Positions 45,285-58,900 of a DNA stretch of 64,000 bases are shown here, piece after piece. The stretch's first letter is position 1. Each line of letters opens with the position of its first letter. A program made the translations under genes and the position numbers. Origin of the DNA: a virus; IMG/VR virus record IMGVR_UViG_3300018414_000007, positions 17,107-81,106 of that record; one strand, written 5' to 3'. The notes under the pieces are model-generated. The model was not told the origin of the DNA. It saw nothing but the letters and a program-made list of their open reading frames with translations, and ran no database searches.

Positions 45285-46041
45285 AATATGGATAATAGGT
45301 GATATTCACGGAGCATATAAAGCTTTATTGCAATGCATTGAAAGAAGTAAATTTGATAAAGAAAAAGATACTCTAATTCAATTGGGTGATATTGCTGATG
45401 GATGGGATCAAGTTTATGAATGTATTGAAGAACTTTTAACTATTAAAAACTTAATTTCTATTAAAGGTAATCATGACCAATGGTTTTTAGAATGGATAAA
45501 TGAAAGTAGACATCCTACTCTTTGGACACAAGGAGGTTATGGTACTCTTGTTTCTTATTGTAAACACTTAGATAAAGAGTATCATCAAGGAATGTATTCA
45601 TGTATTACTAGCCTTCTTCCAGAAGATCTTCCTATTACCCATATTAATTTTTTTAAGAATCAACTACATTATTATGTAGATAAGAAAAATAATTGTTTTG
45701 TACATGGAGGATTTGATAGAAATTATCTTATAGAAGATATAGATTATTTAGATCCTTCTAGTTTATGGTGGGATAGAGATTTATGGAATAAAGCATTATC
45801 TCATCATAATTTTGATCAACCTAAACTTGTTACTAAAAATAATTTTAAAGAAATTTTTATAGGACATACTACTACAAGCACTTGGGATAAATCATTTAAA
45901 CCAATGAGTGCTGCAAATGTTTGGAATTTAGATCAAGGAGCAGGATGGGAAGGTAAATTAACTATTATGAATTTAGAAACAAAAGAATATTTTCAAAGTG
46001 ATATAGTAAAAAAATTATATCCTAATCAAAAGGGAAGGTAA
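45277..46041 (+). CDS. Ser/Thr protein phosphatase (lambda NinI-like)
   Basis: GDIHG, LGDIADG, KGNHD, VHGG, GHT and LDQGAG motifs. Confidence 0.88.
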   Translation: MNKIWIIGDIHGAYKALLQCIERSKFDKEKDTLIQLGDIADGWDQVYECIEELLTIKNLISIKGNHDQWFLEWINESRHPTLWTQGGYGTLVSYCKHLDKEYHQGMYSCITSLLPEDLPITHINFFKNQLHYYVDKKNNCFVHGGFDRNYLIEDIDYLDPSSLWWDRDLWNKALSHHNFDQPKLVTKNNFKEIFIGHTTTSTWDKSFKPMSAANVWNLDQGAGWEGKLTIMNLETKEYFQSDIVKKLYPNQKGR

Positions 46042-46043
46042 AA

Positions 46044-46220
46044 TTGAAAAAATTATATAATTACGTATTTCATTACAATCCACTTAGTAAGAAATGGGCT
46101 GCTATCCCAAGAGATAAGTATGATGAGTATTGGAATGATTACACTAGTAGAGTCAAAAATGGAGTATTATATGCAGATAATTGCCAAACCCTAATTGATT
46201 TTATTATCAATAAAAAATGA
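46044..46220 (+). CDS. Small hypothetical protein (58 aa)
   Basis: Read by hand from TTG: MKKLYNYVFHYNPLSKKWAAIPRD... Confidence 0.55.
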   Translation: MKKLYNYVFHYNPLSKKWAAIPRDKYDEYWNDYTSRVKNGVLYADNCQTLIDFIINKK

Positions 46221-46516
46221 GAGTAGAAGTAAGGAATCAAGGATTTGCAGTTCCATATCTTGAAAATGTACCCAAATGGATTCCTCAAGGAGACTCTGTT
46301 GTATTAAGTAAAGAGTGGTTTAAATACCATAAAGATACAAAAAGTCTTTTAGCTCTAAAGAAAGATCAGACAGGATTACCTCCTGGAATTCATGAAGCTA
46401 GATTAGTATTTCAAAAATATGATGTTAATCTAAGACAATGGGTAGAAATAGAAAGTCCTAGAGAAGTTAATGATCAAAGGGATTTTTGGAGACTAATCTT
46501 TATAGAAAAAGAATGA
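46217..46516 (+). CDS. Hypothetical protein
   Basis: 99-aa ORF. Confidence 0.6.
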   Translation: MRVEVRNQGFAVPYLENVPKWIPQGDSVVLSKEWFKYHKDTKSLLALKKDQTGLPPGIHEARLVFQKYDVNLRQWVEIESPREVNDQRDFWRLIFIEKE

Positions 46517-46566
46517 TTCTATTTGTATTAATTTGGACTTGTATCCTTGAAATTTTATGGTTAAGT

Positions 46567-46597
46567 ACTAGCTGGAGTAATAAATATTCCAGCTAGT
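46567..46597 (+). terminator. 13-bp hairpin
   Basis: ACTAGCTGGAGTA-ATAAA-TATTCCAGCTAGT. Confidence 0.55.
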
Positions 46598-46610
46598 TTA
46601 AAAATTAAAT

Positions 46611-46910
46611 ATGGGTTATAGATTAGCTAATATAGACAAAGTATTGCTTATAAATTTTGTAAAACATATTGATGGTAACTTAGTTTATAATACAATTAAT
46701 AACATAACTACTGTTAAACTAAAATTTAATAAAAAGTCTTTTGAATTAAATTGTAAGTTTTATAATTTAGATAAGATACAAAGTATAAATATGTGTGATG
46801 CATTTAATTATACAACAGGCTTATTTGGACATAAGAATTATCAATTCAATAGGGACACTTTAAATAGTATTATAAAAACTTATAATGATGCAATAAAAGT
46901 AGCTAGTTAA
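46611..46910 (+). CDS. Hypothetical protein
   Basis: 99-aa ORF, last plus-strand gene. Confidence 0.55.
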   Translation: MGYRLANIDKVLLINFVKHIDGNLVYNTINNITTVKLKFNKKSFELNCKFYNLDKIQSINMCDAFNYTTGLFGHKNYQFNRDTLNSIIKTYNDAIKVAS

Positions 46911-46927
46911 TTCCAGCTACTTTTTTT
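46895..46927. terminator. Bidirectional terminator between convergent blocks
   Basis: AAAA-GTAGCT...AGCTAC-TTTTTTT. Confidence 0.7.
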
Positions 46928-46940
46928 AATCTGCGGGGAA

Positions 46941-49900
46941 TTACTTGTTGTCAATAGCTTGTTTAGTAGCTGAATAAACCTTTTCAGGTATATTTACTAT
47001 AGGCAATGCTTTAGCAAGTTTAACTGCTATCTTACTATGACCTTTATGTATTCCTGTTTTATAAGTACCTTTACCTTCAATTGTTTGAGCTACTGCTTGA
47101 CCTAAATCTGCAAAGTCCATTAAAGTTTTAAATGCTGGTATGGGCTCTCTTATTACTGCTTGGAATGAGTAAGGATTGTAGAAGAAAGTTAAATCTCCAG
47201 ATACTCTAGTAGTAGAATTTAATAAGAATGTTAATGCAGCTTTCTCTTTATCATCATCATGATACAATCCATGAAGCATTGCTTTCATAGCTAATGCAGC
47301 TCCCCAAAGAACAGGAATAAAAGCTAACTCATAAGCATTCATTCTTAAGTTTCTATTATCTATACTATCAGCATTTTCATCAGTAGTAAATGCCTTGTAC
47401 ATATCTTTGATTAAAGGAATAACGGCTAAGTGACTTAGTTTATAACTTAAGTATCTACCTTTCTGTATATCTCCAGATAGAGTTTGATACTCTTTACCAA
47501 ATCTTACAGAGATAGATCTTGGAAGCCACTTCCTCATAGTAAGAAGGTTTCTCAATATGTACTTCTGAGAAGCCATAGTAGCATCACCATAATCACCATG
47601 TACAGCTGTAACTACAGATTGAATATGAGAACTCATCTCTAATCTCTTTCTATCATCATCGTAAGGATTAGGACCAAATTGATCTGTTTTCCATTCACCT
47701 TTACCATCAAATGCATCAAATAAATCATGTTCAACTCCAGACAAATCTGTTACTTTCTCTTTCATAAGTACAGATATACCTGTTTGATGCTGAATAAAAT
47801 CTTCAGTTTTATTTACAAGTACATAAGGAGTAGCTTCAGCTAATGGATTATTAATACTTGGTAATTTAAACTTACCAAACTTAATCTCTCCTAACTGCTG
47901 TCTCATATCAAAATATTCAGCTAATGCTTTAACTTTAGAATGAGCTTCAGTCCAAGGTAAACTAGCTTCTAACATATAACCAAAGGATTTAATATTCTCT
48001 CTTTCACCATATGCTTTTCTATCACCTGCATAGATTGTATTAGATAATACTCCCCATATAACACGACCAATAGAAGATACAGGATTTAAACCTAATGCTT
48101 TTAATCTAGTATAAGCAGATACAGTATCAACAACTTTACTACCTGTTAAAGCTCTAGTTTCTGTAACTGGTTCTCCTTTAGCATTAAGTGTAGTTCTTTT
48201 GATTGTAGCATCTGGATTAGCTCCAGTATGTTCTACACCTCTATCATACAAGAAAGATTCTAACATATAGTTAGATTGAGATGTAATATTAGGAGCTCTA
48301 CCTGGACTTTCATCTAAGATAGGAGTACCATCATCATCTGTAACTATTTGATCTGAAGTATTAACTTTATAAGCAGGTTGTTTCTGAGTTAATTCTTTCA
48401 TCATTTGTAAATAAGGTTCTATCTCATTTTTATGATTAAGCATAAACTCTTGTAATTTAGCAGCTAATAATACTCTACCTAAGTCATATGATTTATCTGC
48501 TGGGTTCATAACATTACTCATCATATAAACAGGTATAGACTCATTAGGAAGACCATTTATATCTAAGCTATTAGTGTTAACAGTAGATTCTAATTTAGTT
48601 GTTACAGAGTCTGTAGCAAGCTGTTGGATAGCTTTAAATGCACCTTTGAAGTCTCCTTCTAACATTCTATCCATATAGTCTTTCTTTACTTCGGGTATAT
48701 AGTTAGATTCATTACCATAAAGTTTAGCCATAGATCTAAATTGAGAGTCTAGTTCATTATAAACTTTCATCTCTACAGAATCTTCACCAAATGCTTTTAA
48801 AGCAGTATATCTAGGATCTATCCACTTACTATTAGGAGTACTAGTAACATAGTCTTTATACTTATTTCTTTCTTCTTTAGATATGTAAGAACCTTTCTTA
48901 ACCTTAGCAATATATTGATCTGGATTATGAGAAGCAGTCCATTGTTTAAACTTAGCATAATCATGAGTACCTTCTTTATTCCAATCAGGTAATTCAGATT
49001 TTAACTGCTCAACATCAGCATTATATCTTTCTTTATCCTCTTCTGTAATCTTTACATCCCAATCTGTTCTATCATACTTCTTTTTAGTCCAGAACTCATG
49101 TTTATATTTATTAAGAAGTCTACCTGTAGGATTACCATCTTTATCTAATTGTAATACTGCATTGTAGTTTTTATATTTCTTTTGAAACTCTTTAAATACA
49201 GGAACTATTTTATCTTGGTATTTAGAAAAATCATCATTAGTTTTTAACTCAGCTTTTCTAATTACTGTTTGCATAGCTTGTAATTTAGGACTACTAGAAT
49301 ACATAGCAGATTCAAATGTAGATTCCATATTACCTACATCTTTGTTAGGTTGATTAAATACTTTACCTAAATCAACATTAGGATTAATATCAGTACCAAA
49401 GTAATAAGATAAAGTCTCTAATTTCTTTTTATCTAATTCATTATTTAAATCAATTGATTTTCTAACAATATCATCTAAGTTTTTATTTTCTTCAGCAAAA
49501 GCTTCATTATAAGTAATATAGTTTCTTATATTAGCATACCAAGATAAATATCTTTTAGTTTCATCTATATCATAAGCAGACATTCTTCCAGGTCTATTCA
49601 TAATAGTTTCAATAGAAGCTAACTTATCTTTAGCTTGAGCAGTAATTATACTAACTGTATTTTCAGCTTTAATCTGTTTGATTTGATTATTTATATCTTC
49701 TACTTTAGCTTGTAATCCAGGATTCTTTGCATAATTAGGATTAGATTGAAACTTGTTTCTAATATCATATAATCTCTTTAAAGACTTTTCAATAATTCTT
49801 TCTTCTTTAGACTTAGGCATAACTGGTTTAGGATCTATATCATATAAAGGAGTTCCACCTTTAGTAAATACTCTAAGAACTCTTTTACCATTTTCCCAAG

Positions 49901-52900
49901 CTAAATCTATTTTAATATTATTATATTTAGAATTCTTTTCCATAGCAGATTTAATCCTATCAAAATGAGGAGCTGTTAGTGGTTTACCATCATATAAATG
50001 ATACTTATTTAAGAACTCAGTTTTGGCATCTTTAGGAGCTAAATCATTCAATGAATCTGGATTTGTTAAAAGTTCTGAGAAACCCTCTTCAAATACCATA
50101 TTACTTGGTATAGGAAACTCACTAAACATCTTGGCCATTTCTGGATTTCCATAACCATTAAGGTTTTTACCAGCTCCATTATAAGCAACTAAAAAGTCTT
50201 TATCAGGATGTTGATTAGCATATTCATAAAGCTTTTGTATTTGAGATACTATTCTTTCTCTAGACACACTAGGATGTTTATCTTTAGTTAAATCCTTAGT
50301 TACAATAGCATAGGATTGTCCTTGTGGACCTTCTGCTTGACCATACTTAGCACCTGCAAATCTAGATGCAAATAAAGCAGCTCCCATACCATGTCTACCT
50401 TGAGTATTACTACCAAATACAAATACTTGATTAGGTTCTAATTTAGTAATTTGTCCTTCATAAGTTTTTACTTGTGGTGTATTAGGAGTTTCTTCTTTAG
50501 TTTCTTCAACTGATTTCTCTCTACCACCTAAATCTAAAGTAGTATTATATAATGCATCATAGTCATTTTTATAAGATTCATTTAATCCAAGAAGATTAGC
50601 TACAGCTTTCCATAATTTATCCCAGAAGTTGTTATCTTTTAACTTAGCTACAAAATTCATATCTGTTAATCCAGCTACAAACTCATGTATATTAGTTAGT
50701 GGATAAAATTCTGATTTATTATCCATAAACCACATCTTATCTTCATCAGATACTTGTTGTCCATTTCTGAGTTTCTCAGTAATATCTTTAAACTTTTGTA
50801 ATCCTTCTTGATCTGCAATTCTGTTATACTGATTAAATAATATTTTAATCTTATCTACAGATTTCTTATCTTCTGGAGACAACTTGTCATAATTATTTAT
50901 TTTGTATGCTGTAATGGCATGAATCATCTCATGAAGTATAGTCTTACTAATAGAGTTAATAGGATCTGTTGATCTATTTAATGCATTATCAATATTAATT
51001 GATATTGTATTATTAACATATGATCCAGCAACTCCTTCTCTAGATAAATTTGTATCTATCTTTAGATTAGGAAAGTTAACTAATACTCTCTTTAAATCAT
51101 TAGCAATATTAGCAAACTCCTTATTAGGACCATTAGCTATTGTAGTTAATGTAGATTCAGGATTATTATTATCTAAATTAAAGTGTTTAGTTAAGAAATT
51201 CTTATCTACAATTTGTACAGCTTTATCTGACTTAGTTAAATTATCATCTTGAGACTTATCTTCTTCTATCCTATTAGTGATTTCTCCTGGAATAGGAAGA
51301 TTAGCTTGATTATTTTTAAAGATACTATATTGACCTTCTTTAGCTGAAGCATTATATTCATCTATACCATCAGCTCCAAGTAAATCTATTCTACTATAAG
51401 AGCTTCCTAAAGGAGTAGACTTACTTATTTTATAAAGCATAAAGTCTTTAGCTTCTCTATCATATACACTCATATAAGTAGGATATGTAAGATTACCATA
51501 ACCATCTGGTACAAGATAACTACTTCTACCATCCATAGTAAATCCTTCTAATCTTTTATAATCATGTATATCCTTACTCTTTGGATCAAATGCAGAAGCT
51601 TTACTAGGATTATGTTGAAAGAATTGTTCTATAGCATTAGCTAATACATTAACTTGAGGGTCTCTAAGATTCTTATCTATTTCATGTAATTTATCACTAA
51701 ATCCATGCTCTTCTAATATATCATAAGGAATGAACTTAGCAATAGAACTAGGTCCTTGCTTAGCTCCAGTAAGTACAAAATAATTTACTAAATCTTTAGC
51801 AAGTTGTTTTTCTTCCTCTGTACCTTTATGATACATTCTATAGTAAGATAACATTGCTTCACTAGTATCACTAGTATTGGCTGCTGGTGTATTTAAAGCT
51901 TCTAATCTAATAGGATCAGATGTGCCTTTACCTCTTCTTACAAGAAGTCTCTCACTCAGCATATTTTTTTTACCTGCGGGAGTTTGAGTATAAGCTTCCC
52001 ATCTATTACCCAATGCTTGTGAACCAAATAGTAATCTATTTCTTTCTACATTAACATCTTCTATACCTAATAGATTGCTATGACTATATATGTAAGATTT
52101 GAAAGAATCATACATACTCTTTAAGTCCTTAGCATTGATTTCAGATCTATCAGCTTTACCCATTTCTTGAAGTACACTCTGAACATTAGATATGTAATCT
52201 CCAGTTTCATATGGAAGTATGTTAGAACCTATACCAAGAGCTTTATAAAGAACATCTGTAGCTTTACTAATAGTATTGTTTTGGAATAAATTCTCTGCAT
52301 TAATAATATCAGAAGTGTACTTAACAATATCAATATTATTAGCTTTAACTTGTAAGTCTACAAATCTAGTACCTAATCCATTAGTATCAACATTAATAGC
52401 ATTTTGTAGCATTCTAATAGACTTAGCCATATCCTTAATTTTAAGGAACTGATCTAAAATAGCTATTTGATTTTCATTAGTAGGATTTTTTAATTCCTCT
52501 TTTAATTCATCTATTGAGAATATATATTTAGAACTATTGTCTACTCCACCAGAAATGTATCCATGTAAACTTTCATCTTCTTTATTAGTTGTTGGATATT
52601 TTTCTATCTTAAGTTTTTGTAGAACTTCTAACTGTCTTTGAGCATTTGACTTAAATACAGGATTAGTTATATCATTAGCATTACTTAGCTCATTTACATA
52701 ATCTCTAAGGATAGGTTGAGATAAGAAATAACCAATATGATTTTCATCAAATCCAGCTAATAGAATAGTACCAGCTACATCCATAGTTAATGGATTAATA
52801 TTTAAATAACCAAGTAATTGTTCTTTAGCATTATCTACTGAAGCAGATTGTAAATATTGTACTACAGTAGAAGGAGATTTGTTTTCAATAAATCCTTTAC

Positions 52901-55900
52901 CATATAACTTATTACCTCTAACTATCTTATTGTCAATTTTAAAATCAATTGATTTATCTGTTGGTAAAGCTAATTTAGCATCTTGAGCAGCTCTAATAAA
53001 GGTACTAAACAAAGAGAATATACCCCTACCTGCTATACCATCATTATTGTTTTTATGAAACTCATTTTGTTTGATAGTACTAAAGAAGTGATTATCTGAA
53101 TCTAAATTCTGAATATACTTAATTTCATCAGCTAGTTTAGGTAAATCACCATAACCATTAGGTTCAAGAATCTTAGGAAGTAGATCTACATCCTTATATC
53201 TGTCTTCATAGTATTGTATAATAGAGTTATCTATTTGTTCATCACTAAATTTGGATATATCTGTATCTACAAGATTACCTTTTAAATCTCCATTCTCATC
53301 TACAGAAGTACCAGATTTAAAGTTACCTTCAATCTTAGAGAATTTATTACCATCAAATTTATAATGGTATCTGTACATAAATAATTTATCTACGTCAAAG
53401 TCAGAACCCATCTGAGCTACAATTTCAGCAGGAACAATAGCTAAATCTCCTACAGTCTTAGGTAAGAAACCTTTAACTTTAAAACTCATCATAGAGTTAT
53501 AACCTTGTGTAGGAATTCTAATACCTATAGTAGTAAGTAAGTTCTCAGGTAACCTATCTGTATCTAATGTACCATCTTCTTTTAAGAATTTAGTCATATC
53601 AATAAGTTTACCATCTTTACCAGTAAACCAACTAGGTACTAATATTTCAGCTTGTAAAAGAACTGTACCATCTTCACTTTTTCTAATATAATTAAGTGTA
53701 GTATCATTTGGATTAACCCAAACAATACTATCTTTAGCTTGAGCATTCAATTGATCTAAAGTTCTTAATCTGCTAAATCCAGCAGAAGAACCTTGTATCT
53801 TACTAAATCCAGGAAGTTCAGATTTAATAACTCTATTAGTAAATAGACTATTTAGAATAGACTCTAATCTACTACTACTATTATTAAATCCTAAAGGTAT
53901 TTTAAATCTTTGTACACCATCTACAGTTTCAATCTGTAAACCATATACATCATTTACATTATAATTTCTACTACTAGCTTCTTCAATTAGAATCTTTTGT
54001 AATTTACTAAGGTCCTTAATCTTAACGCTACTACCATCTGTTTCAGCTCCTATATCTTTTAATAATCCTTTAAGAGCTCTATTCATCTTCTCTATATGAA
54101 GATTTTCATATATTTGTTTAGCATCTTTACCAGATACAGGTGAATCAAATAAATGTAATGTATGGTCATCATCAACATCAAGAAGAATAAGTTTTCTACC
54201 TTGAGTACCTTCATTTACAGTAGAGTGACTCTCTGGACTATGATAAGGTACTTCTTGTTGTATTCTAAATCCATCCCTATCTAATGTAATAGCATTCTTA
54301 GATAAGTCTAAATCATCTCTAATAACACCCTGACTAGATTCAGTTTGTACTATGTTACTAATAGGTAAACCTAATTTAACACCAGACTCATATACAGCTC
54401 TATCTACTTTAGCTGTTTCCATAGCTACTCTAAGCTTATCTATTTCTAAACCTTTAGTAAGGGCTGGAATTAATGGGAAAGAAGATGTCTTAATATAGTA
54501 CATTCTATCTATACCCATAGACTTATCTACCATAGTACCAGCATATACTGGTTTCATAGGTTGTAAGATTAAATCTATATCTGATTCATTAGAACCACCA
54601 TCTATTAATCTTTTACCTGCCGCTTCAAGTTCTGGAGTTAATTTACCATAAGCTTTCATAACAGCTAAATGTTCAGCAAGAGTAGTATATTCTTGAGCAT
54701 CTGCAGGATTCATATTTTTATAAGCTTCTGCTCTTTCTTTAATTACTTCTTGGTACTTATCAAATAGTTTAGAAGTATACTTTAAGTCTTTTAAGAATAC
54801 AGTAGTATATTGAGGTTTATCAAATAAACCATCTAATCCAGGAGCAACATCTTTAGCTAACCTTTTATTATAGTTAATCCAAGTCTTATCTATATTACTT
54901 TTACCATGTAATGCTGGATCCCCTGATATTAATTGAGTATAGTTGAAGTGAGATATAAACTGATTAATAGCATACTCAGCAGCAAATGCAGCTAACTTAT
55001 GTTTATCATCTGTAAAGTCTCCAAACTTCTTATCAAAAGATTTATCATAGAAAGGAGTATCTTTTTCTAATAGACCTAATTGTTTCCAGTATTTAACTTG
55101 TTTTCTAATTAAATCTTCAGTAAACTTCTGTATTTCTGGAGTAACAATTCTTTCTAATGTTTGAGCATCAATAGTTCTTAATCTGCCCTTTTCATCAAAT
55201 AGTTCTTTATTCTTATTTAAGAAATCATAAACAAGGAATTTTTCTCCCATACCAAAGTGATATCCTTGTAATAGTCTATCTTGAAATTCAGGATTTTCTT
55301 GTTGAGATTGTACTTCTCTTATTCTGTTATATTCTGCAATAAATGGTGCATATAAAGCTCTTTTAGCTGCATCATTCTTTACTACTAAAGAACCTTCATT
55401 CAGTTTAACTGGAATTTTAGGAACTTCAATAACCATAGGAGTAGGTTTATCTGAATAGATTGGAGCTAAGAACATACTATTAGGTCTACCTTCATTTTGA
55501 TAGTTAGATATTCTAGTAAATTCTTTCTCTTTATTATTCATCTTACTAAACACTTTATTAGGTTGATTAGTTTCATTACTTCCTAATGAGTCAAGTGGAT
55601 GTATAACAAAGTTTTGTCTAAATGCTGGATCAGATACATATTTATTACCCCAAATAGAATTAGCAGCATAAGTTGTTGTTAACTTATTGTTAATAAATTG
55701 TAAACCCTTCTCTTCATTCTTCAGTCTATTAAAGAATTTAGATACCATAGTATTATTAGTAATAGAGTATCTAGGTTTACCATCTCCTCCTACATATGAA
55801 GATTCATATAAGAAAGGATTAGTAATATTCTCTAATCTAGCTAATTGAGTTAAAGCTCTGGTTTCAGATATAAATGGATTGTTTAATTCTAATTTACTAT

Positions 55901-58900
55901 CTTCTTCTTCAGCTACATCACCAATTAAATTTTCAGTTGGAGTATAACCAGCAGATAGTCTTTTAAATATTAGTGATACATAATCTTTTAAGAAGTTTTC
56001 TGCACTAACTTTCTTACCATTTATTTTAGTACCTTTTTTAAGTAAGTTATCTATTGTGTTTATAGACAAGTTAATACCAATAGCATCTAAACCATTCTTT
56101 AATCTTTTAGCATTATCTGTATTCTTAGAATCAAATGTTTTCAAGAAGTTATTAAATGAGTCATTAAACTCTTTACCTCTTTTAGTATCAACTACATAAT
56201 TACCATGACCATCATCTGTAACTACACTTGAATTCTTAAATTTATCATACCAACTATCCATCAAGATGTTATTAGCACCTTGTCTGTTAGTTCCAAATAC
56301 TCTAATAGTTCTTCTTGCAGTCTTATCTGCATAACCTATTTTAACAGTTACTGGACTTCTTTGATCTTGAGAAAATGCTACTACAAACTGATTCTGAATA
56401 GATGTATCTGGATCATTCATAATAGTTTGAAGAATAGTAGAATACATAGGGTTATTAACAGCCAATTCTGTTATTGTAGGAATAATTTCATCAGCAGATA
56501 AACCAGTTAAAACTCCTTGTAAAGAAGTCCAAACTTTATCTAAATCCATCATTTCTCCAGTACCTAAGAAGTTAGCAACAGGTTCTAATTTACCATCAAC
56601 TAATTCTACTTTAGGTATTAAAGATAACTTAAGTTTCAAATGAGCACTAGCTGTATCTTTAGTAGACTTCTGATCTACATCTAATGTATAGTCTCTTCTA
56701 TAATCTGCTTCAGTACCAACAAAATTATCTTGAGGATGCTCATCATCTTCAATAGGTTGAATATCTGATTTATCATCTTCAGAAGGAATATCAGGAGTAT
56801 TATTAACTACAAATGTTTTAGTTACTTTAACACCAATACCTTTTAAAGATTCAATAGTTTTTTCTTTAAATTTATCCCAATTATCATCAATATCTTTAAA
56901 CTTTTGAATAAGATTATCATATTGATTATTTGTATTAATATCTGGATCAGAGTAAAATTCTCTACTATTATCCATAACATCTCTAGCATAATCAAATAAG
57001 TCATCTACTGTAGTATAACCTTCTTTCTTACCTTCTTCAATAGCCCAGATAATAGATTTAATAACTGTTCTTTGTTGACTATCTGAAAACTTATCTAAGT
57101 TAACAAATAGTTTATCCATAACAGAGAAGTTAGGATTTATAGGAGTAAGATCATATAATTTATTAGATATATTATAATCTATATTTTTAAATGGGGCTCT
57201 TTTTAAGTTATAAGCAACGTCTTCATTACTATTAGTTTCTTGAAAGGTAGGAAAAAGAAATCTTTTATCTAGTACTTTACCAGCATATGCAAATGACATT
57301 AACTCATCATGTACATCTGAATTATAATTGAACTCAGCTTCCTTATAAGCCCAAGCTATATTAGCAGCAGCTTTTATTTCAGTTTCACTTAATTCTGGAT
57401 GGAGTTGTTTTAAAATATTAAGTAATATTTCCTGCTGACCTTTCCAGTTAGGACTATCTTTAAACTGTTCAGAAGCTGCTAGATGTTCAAATACATCCAT
57501 CTTAATATTTCTAGATGGAAGATACTTAACTTCTCCTTCTGCATATGGTCTAATAAAAGGTTCACCAAATTGATCACTAGCAATAGTATTAACTAATCCA
57601 AGTACTTGTCTAGCATAAATAGCAACTGCATCTTTGTTACCTAATTTTTTTATATCCTCTTCTAAATTTTTAAATAAACTATTAGTTTCATCACTATTTA
57701 GAATAGGATTAAGATCATCTAATGGAATATCTTTAATAGGAAGTTTTGGAAGAACTGTTTTAGTTTTCTTTTTACTTTTTTCTTCAACTTCTATTGGTTT
57801 TTCTTCTTCTATAGTTGGTTTTGTTTCTTCTGTATTAGGTTCTTTAACCTCTTCATTATTATTAGAAGTGATTTGTTTAGTTTCTTTTTCTACACTATTA
57901 GATATACCTATAACTGGTTGAGCTGTAAAAGCATACTCATTACCATCTATATGTACTCTTCTTAAATTAGTAGTAACAGCAGAGTGTTCATCTAAATAAT
58001 GTTGATAGCTGGGATTTTCTTTTTGTTGAATAACTCCATCATTATCTAAACTATAAGAGTAGTAAGGGTCTTTACTATTTAAATCTTTCAAACCAAAAGA
58101 GAAATACCTTTCAGCTAATTTATTAGCTAATTCATCTCTAGTAGCTTGATTATTAATAATATCATTTAAAGAATATTTATCTCCATCTAAACTACTCAAG
58201 TAAAGATTATCTTTAAATAATTTAAATACAGTATTAACTTGAGCATCTGATTTAGAAGAACTATACATAATTCTATTAATAAAATCAGTTACATCTTTAA
58301 AGTTATTAAAGTTAAACTCTGATATATTATTTATAGATTGTTTTTCTTTATCAGTTAAATTATCTTTCTTAGCAAATAATTTAATAGCTTCTACAATAGT
58401 CTTAGCATTACTTAATCCTATTTTATTAACTTTCATAGGATAAGCTATGTAAGAACCTTCTTTACTACTTGGAACAATAGAATACATAAATCCATTATGT
58501 AAAGTATCTGGGTTAATTATTTCTCCATCACTAAAGCTATTACCAGAAGTGTCTGTGTATAAATCACCTGCATCAGCAGCTATATCAGTATTAACCACTC
58601 TAACAATACCTAACTTAACTCTATCAGCTAATTTAGTACCATCTCCTAAAGCTTTGAATAAACTTTTCTGGTTTTCAAATTTATCAGAGATTAAATAACC
58701 TGGAGATTTAGAAGTAATAGAACCTTTAAATTTACCATCTTTGTTATCAAATATAAATTGTCTTAAAGTTAAATTATCAGCTAAAGCCTGTTCTTTAAAT
58801 TCATCTGCTACTCTTTTCTTTATATTGCTTTGAGTAGGAATATATGAAATTATTTTACCTTCCTCATTTTTAATAGCAATAGGAAATTCATTAACATCAT

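Noticed and set aside
287-57921. Short ORF-track entries antisense or out of frame within long genes (e.g. 287-535, 2101-2304, 18168-18416, 30203-30739, 49753-49968, 57634-57921)
   Set aside because: Shadow ORFs of well-supported genes, with no motifs or initiation signals.
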